The translations under genes and the position numbers were made by a program. Positions 1 to 13,010 of a DNA stretch of 64,000 bases are shown in pieces. Source of the DNA: Mantamonas sphyraenae STR306 (Eukaryota; Protista; CRuMs); contig JAPMXV010000048.1 of NCBI GenBank assembly GCA_026936335.1, positions 3,584-67,583 of the forward strand, in the 5' to 3' direction. Under the pieces are notes generated by a model. It was given only the letters and a program-made list of their open reading frames with translations. It ran no database searches and had not been told where the DNA came from. Positions within the stretch are counted from its first letter, which is position 1, and each line of letters starts with the position of its first letter.

Positions 1-76
1 GATGGTGTGGTGTGCTGGCGACCGATGACCAGAGCGAGTGGTGCAGGGTGGTGCGGTGGATCGGAAAATCATCCTA

Positions 77-3000
77 CTAGATATCGGCATAGTCATTCCA
101 GGGGTCTGTCGGCATGGGCGGATGCCTGTTTGTGGCCAGCAGTCCTGTTCTGTTGGATGCGTCGTGTTTGTGGACACGGAGGCGCTCTTGTTGCGCAGAA
201 AAAGCTGGATCATCGACGGGAGGAGTTTGTCGGTGACCGTGTCCCAGCGCTCGCGGCAGTCAATCAAATCGTCGTCGTCGTCCGAATAGGAAGGAGGGAC
301 CCAAGGGAAGGGGAGATCTTTCAGGCGGGAACGGAGGGCACGGTAGTCTGCGGTGCAGCGAGAGTACTCACGATCAAAGAGAACCGAGCCGAGCTCCACC
401 ACGTGGCCTCGTACGGAAACAGCTTGGTTGCGTCGATGGTGTCTTTGCCTTCCAAAACGGACAAGTACTTGACTTCTCTGGGCACGCGAGTTTTGGAACG
501 CGAACGGTTTGCGTTGTTTGACGCGCGGCTCTTTGTGAGTGCTTTGAGAGTGCTGTGGTCGATGAGGTTTGCAAAAACGTGCGGGAGGTTGATGATCTCC
601 CATTCGTGGAGCACTGTCCCTTGCACGCGTGTGGAGGGCCAGGAGTCCTTGCGGAGTTGCTGCAGGTGATCCAAGGGTCCATTGGATTCTGTGTTGCCAG
701 CGGAGCCATGGCGGTCTTCCTCGTCGGACGAGTCCTCACTGACCTGCGGATGGGGGGAAAGATTCTGCAGCCGCCAGTGCAAGAGCCAGGCAAGTTTGAG
801 TGCGAAGCGTGGGTACACGTAGTGGTTGCGCACAGTCCAGGCCCTCTTCATACGAGCACGCCATTGTCGTGGTTCCATGATGAGGACAGATTCTTTGGCT
901 GTGTCATAGGTGAGCAGGGAAAGGCGTTCTGAGCCATCAGGGCGGCGTCGAGATTGGCTGCAACAGGGCAGGTGGCCGGACAGAAGGGTTGTTGGCCATC
1001 CACGCAAAGGCGCAGGGTGCTCGCTGTTGTTCAAAGAGGAGCTTGAAGCGCGACCCGATGGCTTTGGATCCCACAGAAGAAGGCCGGCGTCGCTGTCGAA
1101 GCAGTGGATCCAAAGGAGTGGGGCGACAGATGCTTGTGTGTTCGGTTGCCGTCGATGTCTTGTGCATGTTGCTGCTGAGATAGGCACGTGGCGACATCCA
1201 GGCGGTCGCCGCAAAGCGGTACACGGCATGTGCAGCCAACTTGGCGACTTGCTTCTTCTGAGCGATGTGGTGGACCCATGAAACATGTGATAGCTCGGGC
1301 AATCGGCACGCCGTGGTGGGGGCTGCTCGGTCCGATCGAATCAGGCACTGTACACAATAGTCTGAGGTGACACTGTAGCCGTTCATGGCTTTGACATTGT
1401 GTTCCCACGCGTCGTGCTGTCGTTCGAGCAAGCCAACCAAGGAGTTCCGCCAGGCCTTGCGCAGCACTGTTCGCTCGCAGTCGTTCGTGTTGGCGGCTGC
1501 AGCGTCCTGATCTTGCTGAAAAGCGTGTGCATGAAGTTCATGGGCACGATGTAGCTCAGTTTCCAACAGAATTTGGAGCGGTAGGGGGTAATCGTGGAAG
1601 GGTTCGATGGACTCGAGCTTGTCGAAAACGGGCACGAGGACGTGTTCTTCCACGTCTTTGTACCAAGCGCCAAGTTTGCACAGCGGGACTACACCCACAA
1701 ATGCCAAGCACGTGAGTATGGCCAATTCGTCCTCAGACGCGCTGTCGCTCCTCGCCTGGGAACGAATTTCATCCGCAAACTGGCGAGCCTTTGTCAGGTT
1801 CTCCTGGTGCTCAGCAGTCACCCGCTGGGCAAGCAGAGCCGCCTTGCAGAGGGTCTGTGGATTGGTGGTGGCAATCAGACTCGAGCGCATCGACGGGAAC
1901 TCGCGAAACCGTGTTGCGTTGGCACCGTGTTTGGGGTCCATCCAGAAGCAGATTAGTGTCTCCACAATATCGACCCTCTCCTGACTGTTGTTCTCAAGAA
2001 ACGTTTGACAGTATTTGTTGATGACACTCTCTGGCTCAGAGGTGAGTTTGCAGCTCGAACCATGAACCCACAGCGGCTCCTTTTTGTTGCCTCCACGCTG
2101 GTGTAAAAGCTCTTCAATGGACGACATCCAGTTCTCTGCGAGCGCTTCCAGTGTCTCTCTTTCCTGCTCATTCTCTTTGTCCAGCGAGAGCAGCTTGGCC
2201 TGAACAAGGGTGGCTGCCTCCAGCTCCACGCTCATCAAACGTCGCTCGTCAACTTCCAAAGCCGGTGTGCTGTCAATGCGAACATCCGTGAGGTGGAATG
2301 CAGGTCGAATGATATTGCGATTCATACCTCCATAGTAGGTCCAGGAGTGGCACCCAGTGTGTTCCCAGAGCACTGTGAGCGGGATCAGCCCCGAGAAACT
2401 TGCATAGACCACCAAATCCCACTGGGCTGAAGACATGTTTGATGTACACACATATGCACTGTTGACAAATTGCCTCAATTTCTCGTAGGAGGTAAGCAGG
2501 GGCTCGGGAGGCGGGAGGTCCAGTGATGCTGAGGCGGCCGCCCACACGAGCGCTTTCACTTGACCAGGGGTTACCTCGCCGCCTTGATACTGTTGAAAAG
2601 CGGCAACTAGGTTGCTCTTGGGGTGCTTAGCATTGGGTCCTAGGTGTGTGAGCTCGTTCTTGTTGATATCTTCGATCAGCTCCAAGGTGATGCTCTCGTA
2701 TGTGTGCTTGTCAGGCAGCTGGTGCTTTGAAGGTGAAGCAGGGGCCTGTTGGTCACCATTGGGCTGCAAGTAGTGGCGACGGGCACAGGATGTCCACACA
2801 TGCGCGCATTCGGTACGTGTGAGTGCATGACCTGGGCCGGGATGGAGGTTGCAAGAGGGGAAACCCACCGTGCCGTTTGGGTCTCGGAGCTGGAGCTGGA
2901 GCTGGAGCTCGAAGATGCAGATGGGGTAGACTCTACCCGGGACCGCTTAGGTGCGTGGTCAGTTACAGGGTCAATGCTCTGCGGCTCCTCTTCTTGCTCT

Positions 3001-3179
3001 TGTTCTTGGTCCCCGAGCCGGATGGGCACTTGCTGCGCAGCCACCTGGACGCCAAATCGGCCACCCCCCTTGCGTCGCTGGTGCTTGGCGGACCTCTTGC
3101 GTTTACGTGATGCTGCAGGTCTATCTCTACGATGTGTGGCTCCCCAAACATTGCCCTCCTGTTGCTCACTGTTCTCCAT
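77..3179 (-). CDS. Large orphan protein, left copy (split by probable sequencing indels)
   Basis: ORF pieces 2676-3287, 937-2868 and 321-1286 together match the 57048-59966 ORF; first ATG (MENSEQQEG) at 3179. Confidence 0.65.
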
Positions 3180-3344
3180 GGAGCAGAACAAAGGGCGGCT
3201 TTGGTGGGTTCTGCGCAACTTGCTTGGCCCCTTTGTCCTCTTGCTCAACGTAATCAACGTATCGACGACGGAGCCCACAGCGCCCACGACTTGTGTGGTT
3301 CACAAGGAGGTGTACACCTTTCACCCAATCAAGGTGGTGGGCCT

Positions 3345-3660
3345 GGTTGGACCTCGCCCGGGACCACTCTCATCGTCGGGTTCGTGTCGTTTCGCTCACC
3401 GCTTTCGATATCAGTGAGTCCTGGACCAAGTCCTGGGAGGACAGTTCCGCACATGTACCAACACACTCTTTGGTCACACACACTGTGGATTGTGATTGGT
3501 TTTGCGATGAAGCCTGGGCCCGGACCAGGTCCGGACCCACTGGTCATCGTAAAATCGGGTGTATTTTGATTTTTTGGCTTTTCATTTCACCTCATCAATT
3601 CGTGTGACTGGAGGTTTCGATGAAGGTCCAGTCCGGACCAAGTCCGGGACCACGAAACAA
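3345..3660. promoter_or_regulatory. Divergent intergenic region with GGACC/GGTCCGGACC motif hairpins
   Basis: TTTTGCGATGA...GGTCCGGACC...TCATCGTAAAA (3500-3554), GTTTCGATGAAG...GTCCGGACC...CGAAAC (3614-3658), weaker copies at ~3346 and ~3417; lies between divergent genes. Confidence 0.55.
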
Positions 3661-3882
3661 ACCACAAACAGGGACCATACATGGACTACTGGTTGACAGA
3701 TGGATGTGTCGACCTGTGTGGGCATGGAGGAAGCTCTGAGGGGCGTGGGAGCATCACTGTGGCCCTGTCGGTCCAACTTGGTCTGCAGCTCGTGGTTGCC
3801 CCGTCTGAGGCAACTCAACGCGATTGCACTTTGCACGTCACAGTAATCCGCTCGATCACTCACAAGACGCAAACAAGCAATC

Positions 3883-6509
3883 ATGGACATCGATATCCCG
3901 GAAATCGACCCTGTCGATGAGAGTGTTGGTGACATTGTCCTGGCAGACGAAACGAGCCAGCCCGATGCAGGTTCACAGCCCCACGACGAAGAAGGGCGCA
4001 AACGTGCACGTTCAGCAAGTATTGAGGAGTCGTACCAGGAGGACGAGTGGATTTCGACAGTTGCAGCGGCACTGCCCCAGCCAAAGAAACAGGCTCGCAT
4101 TGACCTTGGTACGTGCCCCCCAAACGTCCACACACGGTTCCAAATTACGTGGTTGGTAAAACATAAAACACCTCTACAACAATAACTAACCCCCACGGGC
4201 ATGGCGCATGGACGAAGTAGACGCGAGCGCCGTTTCAGACTCGACGCAGCACCTGGATCAGCCTTGCTCGTCATCCGCATCGGCTGGAGATGTTTGCAGA
4301 GCAACAGAGAGGCCATTGAGCAGGGATCAGAGGGAGCTTGTCGATTTGATAGTGGCCGCGACGCGAAAGAAGGACGCGGTGGGGCTTGTGATTGAGGCAG
4401 TGCCGGGTGCGGGCAAGTCGACTGTGATCAGGGTTATTGTGAAGGAAGTCCTCAGAGAAGAGGGTGGAGAGAATCGGTGGACGACCGACCGAGCTCTGTA
4501 TGTGCTGGTGTTCAACCGCGCCAACGCGAACGATTTGAAGGAGGCACTCGAGCGAGCTGGAGTCAAGGTGGCGGCAAAGCGGAGTGACGATGGTGTGCAC
4601 GTGTGCACTTTCCATTCCAAGGCCATGAGCGATTTGGGCAGTCATGCAAAGGGAGCGGTGACGTTTGATTCGAGCTCTTCGAGCTCGGTTCTTCCGAGAT
4701 ACTTTGTGCAGGTACTGTGCAGAGCGAGCGCTGACATGCAACAGGGCATGAAGATCGACGATGAGCGCATTGACTCGTACCTATGCGAAAACGTGACCAA
4801 GCTTACGAACGAATTTGTCAAACGAGCCGACGCGTCCAAGGCAAGCACCAACAACCAGGAAATTCGGGACATGTGTCAGAGACACTACCAAAACATTGTA
4901 AAGTTTGCCAAGCCTGTGTTGACACAGTGCTGTCAGCAGTATGCGCCGCTGGTCAGGAGCGTCGAGCAAAAGGTGCTGCGAACGCTGGTTGAGTTCTACA
5001 GCCAGGCTTGCATGCAGATGAACATTGGCAACGACAAGAGTGAAGTATACCACATGATCAACACGGAACGCAATCTGCGCACTCACTCTGGACTGGAAAA
5101 AAAGGCGCTTGGGGCAGAGTTTGAGCGGGGCGTGCTGACCGAGCTCGTGTGCCTGGTGCTGAAGCCAGCCGAGCTGTTTGCCAACAACATGACAAGCATT
5201 GTGTCAATGCCAGATGCGGTGTACGTGGCAAACATCACAGGCGCAGATTCCTTGCCGCAGAAGCACATGGTGGCCCCTCTGCTCATTGTGGACGAAGCAC
5301 AGGACTGCACTCCCGCCATGATCGAATTTGCCCGCCGCATGACGGAAAAGAAGGGCAGCATACTTGCAGTGTTTGGCGACAAGCGCCAGGCCATCAACCT
5401 GTCACTAGGAGCGGCACCAACGGCGCTTGCCACTCTGAAAGAGGAAGCCTCGAACCAGGGGATGCGAACGAACACCCTGGAGCTGAAACTCACACGTCGC
5501 GTGTTTTCCAAGATGGCACCAGTGCTGGAGACGTTGGGCACCCCAATCGAGTTTGACAAGGACGTCGTTGCGCAAGGTACGTTTGGGCCGCGCGAGGAGC
5601 TGCCCCGAGCGACCACGGCAGAAAACGATGACCTATTGATCGTACGCAACAACCAGGAGCAGTGTGTGTTGCTGGCTGTGTACGACCAATTCTTCCTTGC
5701 AGACAATCGCGGCCACGAGTACGCCCAAGTTTGCACTGAGCTCCAGTGTCGGTGGAGCAAACACGGGGGCTCAGAAGAACATACGAATGTGGAAGAGTGG
5801 CGATCTACCGCGCAGGGGTTCGTCGAACGCGAGTTGCAGGTGATGCTCGACCCGAAGAAGTTGCCGACACGGAGGGCGTTGGCCGCACAGCCGTGGTCGG
5901 TCGCTTCGACACTCGCCAGGACGTCCAGCAGTTCTTCAGGAGCATCAGAGGTGCGAACCGCAGGGTGTCGATGATGTTGCGAACTGTGGCTCTTGTGCGA
6001 GGGTGGCGGTACTTGCAGCGGGATGATCTCGTTCATGAGCAGGGGGTACACGAACTCCAGCAGCGCTTCAACGACTTTATGCACGCTCCAGCAGACGCCA
6101 TGGATGGCAACGGACTCTTCAAGATCCAGATCTCGACGGTACACAAAGCTAAGGGGCCGATCGCGGGAATGTGCACATCCTCGGACTCGTTGACCTGTTT
6201 GCCAGCACGCAAGGTAACGCGGACGAGTCGTTGAACCTCGTTTACGTTGCTTTGACTCGCTGCAAGCGTGGGTTGTTTCTCTACCCGTTGCTGGATGTCG
6301 ACGAAACTGACGATGAAGACAAGCTCTGCGAGACGCTGAGCAAACAGACCAACGTGAGAATGTTGAAGGCCCTGGATTTACTCATGCAAGGATCCAAGGC
6401 GGTTGAAAACGAAGGCTATATTGGGCCCACCACAAAGACGTTTGTGGCTGCACTCCGCAAGGCCATCTCTCACAGAGAAAAACAAAGCGCGGAGATGATT
6501 GTCGAATGA
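3883..6509 (+). CDS. UvrD/REP-like SF1 helicase, left copy (one intron; two probable sequencing frameshifts at ~5850 and ~6155)
   Basis: Same sequence as the intact copy at 53824-56451; exon 1 3883-4108, intron from GTACGT (4109) with CTAAC branch to AG at 4217 or 4220, in frame. Confidence 0.85.
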
Positions 6510-6608
6510 ACGTGCCTCTGCTCTAGTGTATTGTAGACGATGCCAAACACCGCATTGTGGCTCCATGGCTTCAGACACTGTGAGCCAGCCCATGAGCGTT
6601 CGACCAAC

Positions 6609-6965
6609 TGGTTTTCACGATGAAGCTCAGGTCCGGACCCCGGGTCATCGTCAGGAACCACCCAAGGTCGTGTGGCGAAAAAAAAAAGTTGTATATATAT
6701 ACCATCCTATGAATTTTTTTTTTTTTGGAGAGGTGGGGTGGTCTTGCCTCGGCTGGGTGAGAAGTGTGGTTTTCACGATGAAGCTCAGGTCCGGACCCCG
6801 GGTCATCGTCAGGAACCACCCAAGGTCGTGTGGCGAAAAAAAAAAGTTGTATATATATACCATCCTATGTTTTTTTTTTTTGAGAGGTGGGGTCGGCTGG
6901 GTGAGAAGTGTGGTTTTCACGATGAAGCTCGAGTCCGGACCCCGGGTCATCGTCAGGAACCACCC
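6609..6965. repeat. Tandem array of three ~55 bp palindromic boxes with AT-rich spacers; candidate replication origin
   Basis: TGGTTTTCACGATGAAGCTC(AG/GA)GTCCGGACCCCGGGTCATCGTCAGGAACCACCC at 6609, 6767 and 6911 (periods 158 and 144); spacers contain A11, GTTGTATATATATACC and a T12-13 tract. Confidence 0.9.
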
Positions 6966-7127
6966 ATCGGTGAAGATGTCCAAGGTCATGTGAACAAAAA
7001 CTGTCTGTATCGTATTGTTGTGGTGTTGTATTGTACTTTGGTAACGTTAAACCAATTGGTAGTCTCGCGAGCAGATGTGCCTCGCAATGCTCCAGCTGTG
7101 CCAAGATAACGTTGTGTAGTTCGCCAA

Positions 7128-7736
7128 ATGACCCATCAGTCAATTAAAGGTGATTCTGAAAACAAGTGCTCTGGTTCGATGCCGAGTGGTGCAATCGGTT
7201 CGTTGAACACACCAACGATGAACGATGGCGATGATGACCACAACATTGTTGTCGATGACAACGATGCAGACTACCGCAGCGGGTACGAACTGGAAGAAGG
7301 AATAGATGATGAGGCCGAGGAAGATAGGGGTGAAACCATCAGTGGAGTAGGGGGGTACGGGTTCCGTTTTATTGATGACGAATTTGAGGAGGAGGAGATT
7401 ATGGACTCGGAGGAGGAGGAGGAGATGAGGCAGTTTATTGCGGATGACGACGAGTTTTTGGAGTGCATTGAGCTTACAAGCAGTGACGAGGAGGACGAGA
7501 ACCGTTGGACGAGTGAGGAAGATGAGGACGATCAGTGGTACTACAACGAGGGGTCTGATGAGGAGGACAACTACGGCTATGCCAACTGGAGTGACTTGGA
7601 TGTGGATGTTGACGATTTAAACAGCTCATGCTACTCCGGAAGCGATGTGGACGACTCTGGAGATGACGATGACGAGATAATTCTCCCCCGCCGGCGCAAC
7701 CGACGTTCCATCCCAGACGATGAAGCAGAAGCATAA
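7128..7736 (+). CDS. Small highly acidic (D/E-rich) protein with basic C-terminal tail
   Basis: 202 aa ORF intact in both copies; long D/E runs, ends ILPRRRNRRSIPDDEAEA. Start may be a downstream ATG. Confidence 0.7.
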   Translation: MTHQSIKGDSENKCSGSMPSGAIGSLNTPTMNDGDDDHNIVVDDNDADYRSGYELEEGIDDEAEEDRGETISGVGGYGFRFIDDEFEEEEIMDSEEEEEMRQFIADDDEFLECIELTSSDEEDENRWTSEEDEDDQWYYNEGSDEEDNYGYANWSDLDVDVDDLNSSCYSGSDVDDSGDDDDEIILPRRRNRRSIPDDEAEA

Positions 7737-7990
7737 AAAGAAGGTGGGCTTTATAATTTCCTTGTTCTTGACACAGTGATGCTAAACAGTACGGGCACCA
7801 GCTCGCAAAAGTCAGCCTAGCTGGCGTATGTGTGTGTGTGATGAGTTGGTACCTCCTGGTTGATGAAGCAGCGTGCAGGACCAGGTCCGGACACCAGCGG
7901 CATCGGTTGGAGCACTCGATAGGCGAGTATGTTTTCCTGTTCGTGATGCGCCGTCACCCCCAACCAATCAAGATTTCGCTCAGTGGGGAT

Positions 7991-10900
7991 ATGCAGGGGT
8001 CTGACAGCCGGTCTGAAGCCAAGAATGAGGCTACAGTCGATGGCATGGAGCTGGAAACTGACACTGGACTGCCGTCGGCCGAGAGCACCCTCGCTGTGCA
8101 CAACCATCCGGCCACACAAGTGGAGCCTGTGAGGGGTAGCAACGAGCCTGTGAGGGGTAGCAACGAGGCTGTGAATGAGATTGTAGTCGATGTAGACAAC
8201 ACTACAGTCAAAGTTGGGATTGGGGAAGACGCTGAAGAGCCGTCGAGCACAGCGCAAAGAAAAGGCAAGGGTAAACTCGGCACGGGCTTTGGTATGTTCG
8301 AACGCAGGTACAGGAAAAGAGGTGGCCCCGTGTACGTACAAATCGGCGAAGAGACGGCGCGCATGGGTATTGGCAACATGGAGTACCCCGGGTACTGTGA
8401 GAAAATGCTGCGATGGTACCAGGAGCATGCAGCGGAGAACGTCGTGCCTCTGGCTGAGGCCACGTATGCCCAAGACATGGATCACAAACTGGTAGTTCAC
8501 TTCCGGTATGATGGCGATGAAGAGAACGACGGCGTTTACGTGACGCATACCAAGAAAGTGGTGCTCGAGTTTCTCCAAAAGCTGGTCGGCGAATACGAGG
8601 ACGAGGACATCGAGTTCATGAGCGTTATGTACACCATCATGGTCCGTCGCTCTGCTGACAAAGACGATCCATCTGTGTGCGTCCAGCTGGTTGTGGATTT
8701 GCGTGTGGATCGGGACACCGCAGAGCGCACGCTGGGGATCCTGAAGGAAATTGAGAAGAAGCTAGGTGGCGTCATGGTGTGCTCTGAAATGCTTCTTCCC
8801 GAACGACACTCACCTTCCATGTGTGGCTTGAACAGCGACCACCCTGTGACTGTCCTTCAGAGATTCAAGGGGACAGTGCAGCAAAAGGCTTGGAACAAGT
8901 CGGTGCGGAAATTGGTGATGAGCGAGGATTACAGCAAGCTACTGACAGCGTACAGTTCCACCAGTGCTCTGTGGCCGTACACCATGCAAGCTGAACAAAC
9001 GTGTCCTCCTGTGCTGGCAAACTGGCTGCTGCACAGGCTCGACACGTCCGACGAGCAGAGCACAATGTCCCTGGACAAGTACGTGTCCACGTTTCTCACC
9101 CAGCATGCTCAACACGAAGGTTTGCGCTATTTGGGGAGGATCTTGGAGGAGACTGCGCGTCTGATACCAACTCGCCTTCCGAGCGACTCTTGCAACACTC
9201 AGACAGCCACAGACACGATGAACACAGACGAAAGCGGAGCTTTTGACAAGACCTGGGAGGAAGCAGATGTACAGGTGCGCCGCTCGGCGTTTGGCAACGG
9301 TGCGGTGCGGCTAATCATCACCGACCAAGAGGAGCGGACACAAATCCGCGTCACCTCTCTCTCGTTTGCCAAAGGTGTACGTGTATGTACGGAAAGACGA
9401 AAACTGGGCTGTGTGTGGAGGGAATCCTCGGCACAAGGTGTCCCAGGTACCAAAGTCGCCCGATCTGTGCAACTTGGACCTGGACACGCTGCTTGTGCTC
9501 ATGAGCGCCATCCTGTACAACATACAATCACAGCCCGCCCGAACGATGGCGTCGGACTTGGAGAAAGAAAGGGCTGAGAAGGATTGGCTGGATGGTCTCA
9601 AGGAGAAGATCCATCAGCAGGATGTGTTTGTCCATGCCGGTCGCGCAGACGACAAGGAGGTGTGGGCCAAAATCTCGCAAGACATGGATCATCTGCGCCG
9701 TGACTACGAAGGGCAGGACGATATCGAGATTGAGGATGCAGAAGGCAATTTGCCGATGCTTGTTTATTTTGTGTGCGCACCAACGGCTCTGGGTAAGTCG
9801 CTTCTCCTCGCCCGTCTGCACTCCGATTACCTTATGCATGCCACAGATGGAGACGACAAAGAATCGGCCTTTTTGCAGTCCTCGCTGAGCATCATCTACC
9901 GGACTGCCTTGCTGCCAAGCCTGATGGACAACCTCCCGGGCGTCGTCTCGTACGATGACATCCGCAACGGCAAGCGCAGAAAGGAAGATGTGCAACACGT
10001 CGTCTCAACAATGGAGAGCATGCTGCGCCATGTGTACCACGAAAACATGGAGCCTGAGTTTGTCAATCTCGACGAGATCGCGCGGCTACCGAGCAAGCTC
10101 CTGGAACAAACGTTGGCACACAACGCACCGGTTAATGCGACCCTCGGCTGTATTTTGCGCACATTCATCACAGCCAAGATGCTGTACTTTGCCTCGGCGG
10201 AGTTGACGCCGGAGACGGTGTCGTTTGGGGTTTCCACCATCCGCAGGCTGGTTCCCAACCGCAATCTGCGTTTCCGTGTCATCGTAGTCGGACGAGAAAA
10301 AGCCACGTGGCATGGACGTGGTCATCCACCGCTCACAGGAGACGTTTCTGCAGCGCATGATCGCCGAATGGCAGCACCGTCCACAGGCTGACCTGGAGTT
10401 TCTCCGCGACTACCGCATCTTCTCTGCAGTGGATGACCTTGAACGCTGCTGCGAGCTCTACACCGAAAACCAAGCCGCTGTGACAGACCGCAAACCCACC
10501 GTGTACTTGGTAAAGGGCAAGGGAGTGGACAAAACGGAACAGGACCGGAGCGTCCGCAACCTGAACGCCATGAGCAAGAGTACATTCAAGCGGATTCCGC
10601 TGACCGATTTTCACAAGGCACAAAGCGAGAGAAAGCAAGGGCTTTTCCGCAATATGGCCAGGAGCCAATCGGCAAAAGGTTGCGCAGATCACGACGCGAC
10701 GTTTGTGACGAGCAAAATCGTTGAAGGAGTGAGCGTCGAGCCCACGGCGTTCGATTCATTCTCTTTTCTGCGGAAACCCGACTTAACATCACCCATGATG
10801 GTTGTGCAGATGGTAAACCGTGTGCGAAACGTCCCGAACGATGTGAACGAGGCGTTCTTGCGCTCGCAGATGAACTTGGTCTCCGTCGGACGGCACAAAG

Positions 10901-11497
10901 ATTACGTCGCGAATCTGGAGCTTCTTTTCAAGCACAAAAAGGACTTTGACCAGTACGCCAAGCGTCAGCATGCCAAGGATAGGTTGAGCAACAAGAGACT
11001 GTTTGGAAGTCCCCATAACGCCCAGCGGGACATGCACATGGGATCCTCAGACCCGTGCGATGTAGCATTCATGGTAGAGTTGCTGGCGAAATGGAGCGCA
11101 GCAGAAAGCTCTTCGTTTGATGCTCAGCAACTTGAGCGAGGCCTAGCGCACAACGGGCAGAACGTGTACTATTTCGACGCCCCAATCCCCCTGAGGGACA
11201 CAGATGTTGATGGTCATGCTCGCATCGTCCTGGAACCATACGAAAGCAACGTCCATGTCTGGACTGTGGACGGTGAAGTCACCCTACCCCAGCTACCAGT
11301 GTACGACGTCAACGTGCCGTACGGGCCGTCAAACTCGCAGGACGAGTTGAACGCCACAGATCGACCTTCCAAGCGTGATCGAAGCGATGAAGACGCCCGA
11401 GGGGTGAGTTTGATGACAACGAGAACCCCGTCGCAAAACACCAGCGGGTTGAGAAGGATCAGGGGGAGCCAGACAGCAGTGAGGAGTTCAATGACCT

Positions 11498-11533
<36 letters not shown>

Positions 11534-12866
11534 CAGTAGCAGTAGCAGCTCGGGACACAAGCTCGACACAACATCAGATCTGTGGCGCTTGTACGTATCC
11601 ACCGTCAAGCTTCGGTGCCAACGATATACACCGCCCACTTCAAAAGCGGAAAACAATGTACGGTGGTACGAGAAAAGGCGCCGCGGGGTCCAGCGGTTGG
11701 AGAAGGTCAACGAGAAGCTCCTGCGCCAGGTCGCGCAAAAGGTGGAGGAGTATCGTACCAACGACAAGTCAGAGGAGAAGTACAAGGAAGAATTGCAAAA
11801 GAACATGAAAACAGCCGAAGAAGGGGATGATGAGTACAGCGGACCGCAACCGGACATGGTGGACTTGTACTGCGGGATGTCACCTGCAGAACAACTGGGT
11901 ATCTGGGAAGCGATCCCCTACCGTGAGTTCGTGGCTTTGTTGGACTCTCCCAAGGAGCACTTATCATCCAGTGGCTGGTATTCAATCCAAGACAACCGTT
12001 GCAAACGCCTTCAGAACCTTGCCCTTCTGACATGCTCACAGAAAACGCTTCAATCTGCAGAGAAACTGAGCAGGAGAACTGTCAGGGAGACCTCGAAGCA
12101 CACAAATGCGCTCACGTCGCGCACAAACACGTCACCACCGCACTATAGCGACGACAAGGAAGTTCTGGACCGCATTCTGGGTTTTCTGGGAATACCAACA
12201 ACCGACGAGCTCCGGCAACTGGAGAAGGCGCCGGAAGACATTGTGTTATGTGCGTACAACACACCGAACACGAACGACGACGATCACGACGACGACGACG
12301 ACGACGACGACGACTCGACGGACAGGCAAGTGGTCTCGGCAGAAACCCTGGCCGAGATCCGTGACGTTGTCAACACACATGTTGACTCGGCCTCAGATGG
12401 CTGCTTGCTGGCCACCAAGAAGGTGGACAAAGAATTCACACTGTCTGCTGTGAAAACACTTCTATCGAAAGCTGGTGTGCCCATCATGAAGAGATCGAAG
12501 AAAGATGGTGACGGTGCACAGCCAAAATACGCCACGTACATACTGGCAGGTAAGCAACTGTTCGGCTGGGCCCAAGCGGCCAAGAATCTGCGGCGCCACT
12601 GGAAATGCACGCAGCAGGACAATAGTCAGTATTCCTCTGGCCGGGGAGAGGCGAGCGCCCAAGGTCAATGTCCGTGTAGCTTCCACGAGCTGGACCTTGC
12701 CAAGAAGTTTCGCCGCGGTGCGCACAGGTCAAACGATATCTACCTGGAAAATCCAACCGCCGACGATGAAACACAAGTGTGGAGTGAGAAGCAGCAGGCA
12801 CAACTGGATAGGCAGCAGCACATGAGTTCGAGCAACTTGACAGGCTTTGAAATGATAGAGACATGA
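7991..12866 (+). CDS. UL9-like origin-binding SF2 helicase, left copy (probable sequencing frameshifts at ~9360, ~10297, ~11400)
   Basis: ORF pieces 7832-9577, 9366-10391, 10312-11808 and 11589-12866 correspond to the single 1678 aa ORF of the right copy. Confidence 0.8.
8123..8167 (+). repeat. 21 bp in-frame tandem duplication (EPVRGSN x2)
   Basis: GAGCCTGTGAGGGGTAGCAAC repeated twice. Confidence 0.9.
11499..11549 (+). repeat. (AGC/AGT)n microsatellite encoding poly-Ser
   Basis: Seen directly; poly-S in the intact right-copy frame. Confidence 0.9.
12274..12313 (+). repeat. (GAC)n microsatellite encoding poly-Asp
   Basis: Seen directly; the right copy has one more GAC unit. Confidence 0.9.
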
Positions 12867-13010
12867 GCCCAGCGCCTTGATTGGAGCGCTCGACGAACCC
12901 GCACCGTAGTCAAGGAGCAGCAGCAACCACAATAACAAAACATAAAGAATCTTTCGCAACCGCTTGCTTTTTGTTGGATACCGTCAGGTGTGCAGTCGCT
13001 GTCCCACATC

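Noticed and set aside
6609-6965. CRISPR array
   Set aside because: Spacers are near-identical to each other and ~90-100 bp, there are no cas genes, and the context is eukaryotic.
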